Assembly (NCBI GenBank): GCA_044892525.1 | Contig: CM097885.1 | Location: forward strand, 12,216,001-12,280,000 | DNA: 64,000 bases | Direction of reading: 5' to 3' | From: Schmidtea polychroa | Lineage: Eukaryota | Shown here: positions 54,675 to 64,000 of the stretch, piece by piece | How positions within the stretch are numbered: the stretch's first letter is position 1 | How the letters are laid out: every line of letters starts with the position of its first letter | Notes under the pieces: model-generated | Seen by the model: only the letters and a program-made list of their open reading frames with translations | Database searches by the model: none | What the model was told of the DNA's origin: nothing | Position numbers and translations under genes: made by a program

Positions 54675-57600
54675 TGTTGGGTTTTATGATATCAAAATCA
54701 ACCGTTGGTTACTCTGACTCCACGTGTTCCAAAATCAATAAACACAAACTCCCAACGTATATTTGTTTTACAACAATTCACAACTCTCAACAATTAATCA
54801 CACTGTTGGTCAATCACAATTCTTACACAATTTCAGATCGAACTCCGCTCTGGAAGGTCTCGGCCTTGTACGATTAAAAAAATAGGTTTCACCTTTTGTT
54901 TGATTCCGCTCTCTGATCCGAACTCTTTTAATATTCCTTTCTGACTCCTAAATTCCTCTTATAATTCCTTTTTCCTTTTATTTTATTCCTCGAACTCCTA
55001 TCGTCTATTTCTTCGTATCCCTACCTAAGGCTATCGCCGATTATGTGAATTTTGAGTTTCCTTATATACTCCCATAATCGTTGTAATTGCCCCATTTTTG
55101 ACCTAATTGGTTTTGACTTCTTCAGCTATCATTCCCTAATTGACTATTTTTGTTGACCCTCTTCGTAATTCCCTGTCTTTTGTTTACCCTCGTTTATCCG
55201 GTTGTTTGGATAATTGCCCTCTGAATTCCTCGTTTGTTTACCCTTCCAAATTGCCGTGCTCGGGTTTTCTTCATCGCTCGGGTTCTCCATTGGCTCGGGC
55301 TTCCCATTAGCTCGGGTTTCCCATTAGCCAATTAATTAATTAATTAATATTTTACGTTTTTCCACATTTGTCTGTTTTACGACCCTTTCTACACATTTTC
55401 TAACAATTTCTTGCTCACTGTCTTCTTCACCATCCCTTAATCTACCCCTCTCCCGTTTTCCAGCTTCAATTTCGATAACTTTTCACTTTATTCCACTTCC
55501 TCCGGTTTGCGCATTTTCCCATTTCATGTCTGATTGTACCCTTTTATAGTTCTGTTTTTATCATATCTTTCTTTGCCATTGCTTCTCTGCTTGACCGCCA
55601 TTCAATTTCGGCTTTCCTTTTAATCTGAACTATATAATTTAATAATTTACTTTCAAACCTCAACATATCTCCCCCCTTAAAAAAAATTTCGTCCTCGAAA
55701 TATGTAATGCTTATTCGGAAACTTTATTTTAGTCAAAAGTTTAAAAAGGATTAAAATTTATTTTATAATTTTTTTTTTATTATTAATTAAAAATATATCT
55801 CTGGAATCTTGTTTTATATACACATTTTATTTATTTGCCAAAATCTTCTGAATCATCGAGCTAATTATTTTGATAATCTTAGCACCATCTGAGTATAAAT
55901 ATTTACATTCATCCTAATTTTATAAAAATCATTTCATATTATACAAATGAAAGAGCTAATAAATATATTTTGTATTTTTATTTGTTAACTGAAAATTGTT
56001 TACGAAATCTATCTTCTATAACCTCTTTTTTTTTAATTCTCTTTTTGTGTCTTAATTTAAATAATGATTTATTAATTAATTTAAAAGTAATGTGAAAAAA
56101 GTCTTCTTTTTATTTTGAAGTATTGGGTTTATTTTGTATTTTTTTTCTTTTTTTTTGTATTATATAAGATTATATAAAAATTACATAAATTAATTTTTGA
56201 ATAATTTAAAACAATTAATCGAGAATTATTTATTTGTTATTATTAACATATTAAGTCAAAAGCTGTTTATCTTTTGACAATATTTCAAAATTGCCTGATT
56301 CATTTAAACAATGTCACAAACATTTCACTTAAACAAATTTATCAACTTGTAATAATAGACAATCGCTTAAACTGAAATCAACACAAATTTTACTAGAAAT
56401 GGGATGCTACTTGTTATGTATATACTTCTATACAATTTTACTCTTCAACATATATAAGCCAAGAAATCTTTTATTTGCAGTTTGTACATACATTAGTATG
56501 TGGTCTATCAGTTGCAAAAAGAATCGTGCGATAAAAATAGAGAGCAAATCAGCATAATATTTCCATAATCATGAAAAATCGGCTGGAATCAAATTTAGAC
56601 AAATCTCCGATCATATGTCCATTAGGTAAAGTACATGATCGACCACAGATCCACATAGCACGCAGTTTATCAGATATCACACACTAAGAAAATCGCACAT
56701 ACGCTACTGTCATGCACTGAGAGCGATACAGTAGTAATCACATTTACACATAATATCCTGCATCTATTTTATTGTGTGTGTGTGTGCGATCAACATTTCT
56801 TATTTTACTCTGCTATCCTAATTATTTATAATTATTTACAGCAAATATAATTATGCGCACCCCCGAATTTAGACATAGACAATTATGATATGATCGACAA
56901 CTAACTATAAATTACGTCGGAATCCTTTACAATTAAATTTTGAAAATGTTTTGGATTTGGAATTATTGTCATTGTTGTTCCTCTTTATCAGCTGAGCCCA
57001 ATTTCCCTTTCTAGGACAGGAGCATGTGTAACGCCAGATATGGTCTGTCTTAACGCAAAATCTACAGAAATGATATTTGATGATGGCTGCGGAAGATAAT
57101 GCAGGTAAAGAACTTTATTTCGGTATATACTTTTAATGTATCAAAAATAGTCGAAGCACTTGGTCAGCCGCTTGCCCTCCACGTTGCTGTGAACCCAATA
57201 TCGTTGGGTAGAAAATTGGCTAAAATTGCGTGACCTCGTTGACGGACAGTCCCCAATCTATAAAGTGGGAATAGACAGCCTGGTGTCTATTTCAAAAATT
57301 GTATTTATGGCTTTTCGATTTTTCTAGATAAATTTTAATATTAATTTTAGCGTTCATATTCTTAGTTTTTAATTTGAGCTAAAATTCAGGATTTCGTTCC
57401 GATAATATTTGTATTTTTCGATTTATTTACTATTATTTTACTTGTCTGAACGATTCAATTTATCTCGGTATGGATTTATAGATTTATTTCTAATTCTAGT
57501 TCAATGAAATATTTTAATTTTTTATGGATTTATAGATTTATTTCTAATTCTAGTTCAATGAAATATTTTAATTTTTTTTACTTATTTTAAAAATTCATTC

Positions 57601-59312
57601 ATCTCGTTTTTTTTACTACACCAACCGGTAATTGATTATCATCGAATGGACATTGATTTGGCTTTTTTATAATATAAATATTAACTGCAACATTTTTTTT
57701 TCGAATGGCAATAGCGGTTTTGGCCTTTGTGAGACTACTTGCACATGTGAGGTCTTTGTATGATATTTTGAATATATTTTTTTTATATACAATATTTTTA
57801 AAAGAAAATTTTTACAAAAATAAAAATCATAGTTGAAATACAAAGTTTGGAAGTTTTGTAAAAAAAAATTTTGATAATTTATGTATATGAAAAATCTGTT
57901 ATATTTTGAAACGATAAATTTCATCGCAAGTGTGCTTGATTTTTTTATTATAGGAATTGTGTTAGTATGTGTTTCTGAAACAAAAAAAATATTTTTTTTT
58001 CACACAGTTAAGTTGGTGGAATGCTTGAAGTATTAATTTATTAGATTTTTAAAGATTATAGGAAATGTAAAATTATGAAACAGGTATGATGAAAGAAATC
58101 CCCGCCCATATCCAATCTCAGCTTTTATGATTGTATGTCCGGATATTGACGGTCGATGATGAGTACAGCGACAGATTTTATGTCGGTTTTATCCAATGCA
58201 CATTTTATCAAATTTTAATGAACTCATTTTGTTTATTCAATTTTAAGTCTTAGGTTACAAATTTTTATTTTATTTATTTGCTATCATTTTTTTTATGCTA
58301 TTATTATTAAATTTTTATATTTGTTGGGTTTTATGATATCAAAATCAACCGTTGGTTACTCTGACTCCACGTGTTCCAAAATCAATAAACACAAACTCCC
58401 AACGTATATTTGTTTTACAACAATTCACAACTCTCAACAATTAATCACACTGTTGGTCAATCACAATTCTTACACAATTTCAGATCGAACTCCGCTCTGG
58501 AAGGTCTCGGCCTTGTACGATTAAAAAAATAGGTTTCACCTTTTGTTTGATTCCGCTCTCTGATCCGAACTCTTTTAATATTCCTTTCTGACTCCTAAAT
58601 TCCTCTTATAATTCCTTTTTCCTTTTATTTTATTCCTCGAACTCCTATCGTCTATTTCTTCGTATCCCTACCTAAGGCTATCGCCGATTATGTGAATTTT
58701 GAGTTTCCTTATATACTCCCATAATCGTTGTAATTGCCCCATTTTTGACCTAATTGGTTTTGACTTCTTCAGCTATCATTCCCTAATTGACTATTTTTGT
58801 TGACCCTCTTCGTAATTCCCTGTCTTTTGTTTACCCTCGTTTATCCGGTTGTTTGGATAATTGCCCTCTGAATTCCTCGTTTGTTTACCCTTCCAAATTG
58901 CCGTGCTCGGGTTTTCTTCATCGCTCGGGTTCTCCATTGGCTCGGGCTTCCCATTAGCTCGGGTTTCCCATTAGCCAATTAATTAATTAATTAATATTTT
59001 ACGTTTTTCCACATTTGTCTGTTTTACGACCCTTTCTACACATTTTCTAACAATTTCTTGCTCACTGTCTTCTTCACCATCCCTTAATCTACCCCTCTCC
59101 CGTTTTCCAGCTTCAATTTCGATAACTTTTCACTTTATTCCACTTCCTCCGGTTTGCGCATTTTCCCATTTCATGTCTGATTGTACCCTTTTATAGTTCT
59201 GTTTTTATCATATCTTTCTTTGCCATTGCTTCTCTGCTTGACCGCCATTCAATTTCGGCTTTCCTTTTAATCTGAACTATATAATTTAATAATTTACTTT
59301 CAAACCTCAACA
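54675..59312 (-). mobile_element. Young non-autonomous LTR retroelement (LARD-like), 4638 bp
   Basis: 991-bp LTRs 54675-55665 and 58322-59312 (TGTTG...CAACA, no difference seen by eye); 4-bp TSD TATT; PPT AAGGGGGGAGA on minus strand at 55668-55680; 2.66-kb interior without gag/pol ORF. Confidence 0.9.
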
Positions 59313-59894
59313 TATTTATAGCTAATGAGTTGTTGTATGTTGGAAATTCCTGGCAGGCCCTCAAATCATAATAAATCCTCATTGTATTTCATATGATTGT
59401 TGATTTTAGTTTTGAGGGATAATTTGAATTTTGCCAAGTTGTCTTTCTCCTTTCAAAATTCAAATAAAAATTTTATGCAAATAAGCCGAAATTATGAGCA
59501 AGGGCTTGATCCCTTTATTTTATATATTTTTTACATTAGTCTGATTTATTTTGCTCATATGGCTCATAATAATATCATCTCAGATTCCCGGTTTCAGCCT
59601 TATAGTCATTTAGGCATAAACCATACATATTCGAGGTACACACAGACGTTCCAACGGCGATCACTAAGAGCTCCAGTTGCCTTCGTTGGGAAAGACGATT
59701 TATTTAAAATCTTTATTACCGTAAAATTCAGGAAACCTACCAGTAGAGAAAGTAGATGATTGAAAATTCACAATGATCGTTATTATTATCTTTCACTAAA
59801 TACTCAATTGATCATCATTGTAAAGAAGAATTTATCTCATTCAATTCAAAGATATGACGTCAATAAAGAGAGATCCTTTTCACCTCCAAATCAA

Positions 59895-61183
59895 AAAAAT
59901 TTATTAATAAATATTTTCCGGGGGAAACTAGTATGGATGCCAAATGATGAGACGAATTCAAACATAATAAAATCAAATCAATGGGGGGTCTCATGAAGGA
60001 AATATTTTCAAAAATTTAAGATTAATTAAAAATTAATAATCTAATGGAAAATTCGAGCTGGGTGAGAAACCCGAGTTGTCAATAAAATTATTAAGTTATG
60101 GCGTTCAAAATTTGAAGATGAAGGAAAACCCGAGATAAAATGGGAACCCGGCATCAAATTCAATCTTATTCAAATACCCAAGGTAAATAGTTTAAATGGA
60201 AGCCGGAAATCGGAAATAAATAATTGGCAGTAATTAAGAGACGTCTATCATTAGACTAATCAAAATGAAAAGAGAATTCAATTTATGCATAAAAAAAGAA
60301 GCAAGATAGAGACATTGCCAGTGGCTCGAAGAGAAAATATTAGTGAAAGAAAAATAATTTGAATTTCAAAACTTAGTGATAGACAAACCAAGTTGAGTCT
60401 TAGTGAAACAGAAAGGGGCATCTCCCATTTAAAAACTTGTTGAGTTTTTAATTAGATAGTTATTAACGTCGGTGTTTGTGACTCAATAATCACTTCTTTT
60501 CTTTACACCTTTGACTTAACTTGATTTTTTTATTTTCCTTTTCGTTAATTCTATCTTCTGACTTTAATTTTCTTACTTGTCGTCACTCTTTGACAATCTT
60601 TGCCTTGTTGACCTTTCCATTTTTTCTCTTTCAAAAGGAATAATAAATTGTCCCACCGTGCGTCTCTCTTGCGATAATCTTTTTCCCGTTTTCCCATTAC
60701 TCATGTTTTCATTATAATGGTTTTCCAGAATTCACTTTGTTTGCTTTTCTATCTGTTTACTTAACTCGGGTTTTCCTTAATTAATTAACTAATTAACGAT
60801 TTTCTGTTATTGTACTTTTTCTTGCATTTCGACTCTTTCTGAATATATTCTGATGAATCCATTCTCCCCGTGATCTTTCCAATCATCTGATTTACACCTG
60901 ACCAGTTTTCAAATTCTAATTCGATGATTTTTTGGTTTCGAATTTTCAATAAAGCTTTTTTTTAATTATTTGGAAATTTTAAATTTAAGAACCCCAACAG
61001 ACATATCACTACGCCAGTGTTATTGAAAGTAGTGGAAAGAGAAATTGTTATATTAAAGTGTGTGTTTAATAAAAATGTAATTGTGGTGATTTCGAATAAA
61101 CGTTTTTGTGTTGGACTGTACGATTAATTTAACTTAGGACACCAAAGAGTTATATTGATAACGACTTTTATAAATACCCAATA
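59895..61183 (+). mobile_element. LTR (52409 family) split by a nested inverted LTR
   Basis: Homology to 52409-53125 on both sides of 60438-60999; ends ATAAATACCCAATA (cf. CCCAACA); left end approximate. Confidence 0.6.
60438..60999 (-). mobile_element. Solo LTR nested in another LTR
   Basis: TGTTG...CAACA termini; homologous to 42373 copy; no matching TSD found. Confidence 0.6.
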
Positions 61184-61503
61184 ATTATAGAACTATAAAA
61201 CATTTTAATGATTTTGTACTGTTTTATTTTTTTTTTAAAGTCAAAATAATTTAAGCCTAAATGTAAGAAATTAAAAATAAATATATTTCTTAAACCAGAT
61301 ATAAATGTAGAAATACCGATGTAAAAAAAGAATAATTATGGACAACAGAGATAATATTCTGATAATAATACTTTATGACTGTTGGGACATTAATTAATTA
61401 TTCAACACAATAATTTTAAAACAATATTTAAAAACAATTTAATTTGTTTAAATATTGTGTTTGATATAAAATAAAATTTTTTGAACACCAAACACGTGTA
61501 ACT

Positions 61504-62412
61504 ATGAGTCTTACAAATGGTGTCAGAAACTCCGAAGTTGACCATGTCTCGGTCAAAATTCCGGCCATTTTTCAAAATCAGAGTCTATGGTTCAAGCAAG
61601 TAGAGGCCAGCTTCAAGATATCCAGGATTACAGAAGAGACCACAAAGTATTTTTATTTAATTTCAAATCTCCCAACAACGTTGCTAACAAAGTACGAACA
61701 CTTACTGGACTCAGAAACCGAACTTCCATACACTACTCTGAAGGAAGCAATCCTAGCTGGTTTTGAACTATCAAGGACAATATCACTAACTGACCTGATG
61801 AGAGACGACTGCCTGGGAGATCGATCTCCATCAGAAGCGCTTCAGCACATTACAGGACAAATACAAAGAATAGACACATCCATGGACCCATTCAACAGTC
61901 CTATATCTCGGGAATTATTCATGCGACTACTACCAAGATCTGTTCAAGACATCCTATTATCGATGCCATCGACGGACCTTCGAAAATTAGCGATCACAGC
62001 AGACAGAATAATGATATCAAAGCGTCAATAAGTGAAGGCAATTGAACACGAAGATTGCAACAATCAAGAAGTAGGAGACAAGACGAGAACAATCATGGAA
62101 CTGCAGGAAGAGATAAATGCAATACGACAACAATTAAACAATAAAAACACCGGTAAGTTATGTTTTTATCATAGTAAATTTGGGCATAGGGCGATGAAAT
62201 GTCAACCGCCATGTGAATGGAATGCAAATCAGAACGACAACTATCAATCGGGGAAGTACAACAGAGAGAAATATCAAAATTTCGAACCGTCAAACATATC
62301 CTCAAGGAACAACAACAACAATTTCAACAAAAACAGCAACTTCAACAAAAACGGTAACTTCAACAGCAACAACCACAGAGAGAACCAGGGAAACGAGAGA
62401 AGGTTTCATTGA
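61504..62412 (+). pseudogene. Gypsy gag (CHCC, CsRn1-like) with in-frame stop at 62029-62031
   Basis: VKIPAIF..LWFKQVEASF, LGDRSPSE, CFYHSKFGHRAMKCQPPC; slippery GGGAAAC at 62388-62394. Confidence 0.85.
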
Positions 62413-64000
62413 ACCCGAACAGTGAAACCTACAAAATCATATCCTCTTTCTCGGGACAAAACAACTCACAAATATTCGAAATACCAGCAATCATAAATGG
62501 AGAACAAATTGACTTTCTCATAGATACAGGCGCCATCTCAGCATCCTTCCCGCAAACCGTTTCAAGCCTGATAGAAATGGAGAACATCGATCTTTAGTAT
62601 CCGCCAACAATTCATTAATCACATACCACGGGCAGAAAACGATTGAATTTACTATTGAAGGATTCAGAACTAAATTTATATGGTCTTTTGCTATAGCCGG
62701 CATATCTCGTTCAATTTTAGGTGCAGACTTCCTGGCCCATCACAAAATCGATGTTAGTTGTCATTCCAGATCAATTTGTTGCCCTAGCAGTAACGAAAGA
62801 ACAGAAGCGCGGAGAAGCCAATGTGCCAAGATCTGTGCTACAATCAACAAAGAAACCACATTAACCACGAAACTACAAATTATCACCAATGGTTCCCCTG
62901 TAGCTCAAAGACAAAGACCACTTTTTGGAGAAAAATTAGTTGCAACAAAGAAAGAGTTTGACAGACTCTTAAATGAAGGTGTGAGTCGGCCAAACAAGAG
63001 TGACTGGGCATCTCCATTAGTAGTGGTTAAGAAGCCGGATGGGTCATGGCGGCCTTGTGGAGACTACAGAATGTTAAATGAAATAACCCAGCCTGACAGA
63101 TATCCACTTCCAAGAATTCAAGATTTACTGAACAAGATAAACAACCCTCATGTATTCACTAAATTAGATTTGGAAAAGGCATATCATCAAATTCCGATTT
63201 GTGACGGAGACATTTCAAAGACAGCAGTCATAACACCTTTTGGATTGTTCGAATATACGAAGATGCCTTTTGGACTTCGAAACGCATCTCAAACGTTTCA
63301 GAGACAAATGGACAACGTACTCCGAGAACATCAGGAGCATACCTTATCCTATATTGATGATGTTCTGATATTCTCCAAGACTGAAGCAGAGCATAAAGAA
63401 CACGTGGCAAGGGTGATGGCCAGTATTCAAGCCGCTGGTCTCACAATCAACCAGAGCAAATGCGAATTCCAAACCGAAAAGGTAAACTTTTTGGGTTTTG
63501 AATTAACAAAACAAGGAATAAAACCCTCTGAAGAACGCACGTTGGCAATTAGCAATTTAAAGAAGCCAACTAACAGTCAAGATTTACGACGTTTCATTGG
63601 TGGCATCGGCTATTATCACTGGCTAATTCCAAGGCTGTCAGATACACTGAGTCCACTGCATGACTTGTTACAAGAGTCGGTCAATAAAAAGGAAGATCTC
63701 TTATGGCAAGACTGCCATACACACGCTTTATTGAGTGCCAAAAATTCGGTACGTGAAATCAGCAACGTTTCATATCCTAACCCGTCCAAGCCATTACTAT
63801 TATGCACTGACGCATCTTCTAAAGCAATTGGAGCAAGTCTAAGTCAAATCAACGAAGAAAATAAATCATTTCCAATTGCTTTCTTTTCGAGGAAATTAAA
63901 TCTAACCGAACAGAAGTATTCTACCTTTGACAGGGAGTTACTGGCAATATTCTTATCTATAAAACATTTTAAGCATTTCTTAGACGGTTCTCATTTCACA
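62390..64000 (+). pseudogene. Gypsy pol (PR-RT-RNaseH), frameshift near 62535, truncated by window end
   Basis: FLIDTGA, ILGADFL, WASPLVVVKKPDGSWRPCGDYR, MPFGLRNA, YIDD (~63349-63360), TDASS, DRELLAI. Confidence 0.9.

Noticed and set aside
57160..57240. HDV-like ribozyme suggested by TCCACGT and GGCTAA
   Set aside because: P3, P1 and P1.1 pairings could not be built
58083..58200. C/D snoRNA suggested by ATGATGA boxes
   Set aside because: No convincing terminal D box and stem
54629..58524. Duplicated 67-82 aa ORFs (LGFMISKSTVGY...)
   Set aside because: Antisense translation of the identical LTRs
62029..62031. Programmed readthrough in the second gag
   Set aside because: A pol frameshift near 62535 makes simple decay more likely

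Overview
Eukaryotic, very AT-rich animal genomic DNA (GT-AG spliceosomal introns of 41-70 nt mixed with kb-sized TE-filled introns, long (AAT)n/(TA)n arrays; flatworm-like, but the taxon cannot be fixed from sequence alone). Two host genes were reconstructed by hand. (1) A 29-exon ubiquitin-activating E1 of the UBA6 type on the minus strand (46260->2699, ~1139 aa), carrying a ~110-aa acidic/Ser-rich insertion in the active adenylation domain. (2) A 5-exon selenoprotein W gene on the plus strand (49969-50419), missed by the ORF track, with an in-frame UGA in a CGAU motif and a GUGA-type SECIS hairpin in its 3' UTR. The rest is a dense transposon landscape: an intact hAT(hATm)-like DNA transposon and a young CHCC-gag Gypsy element inserted 15 bp apart in the same (TA)n microsatellite; a young non-coding LTR element with identical 991-bp LTRs, a PPT and no recognisable tRNA PBS; a second Gypsy running off the right end; solo and nested LTRs; Helitrons; hAT MITEs with 8-bp TSDs; and decayed Gypsy, pogo and mariner relics. 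All family assignments are by motif recognition, not database search.
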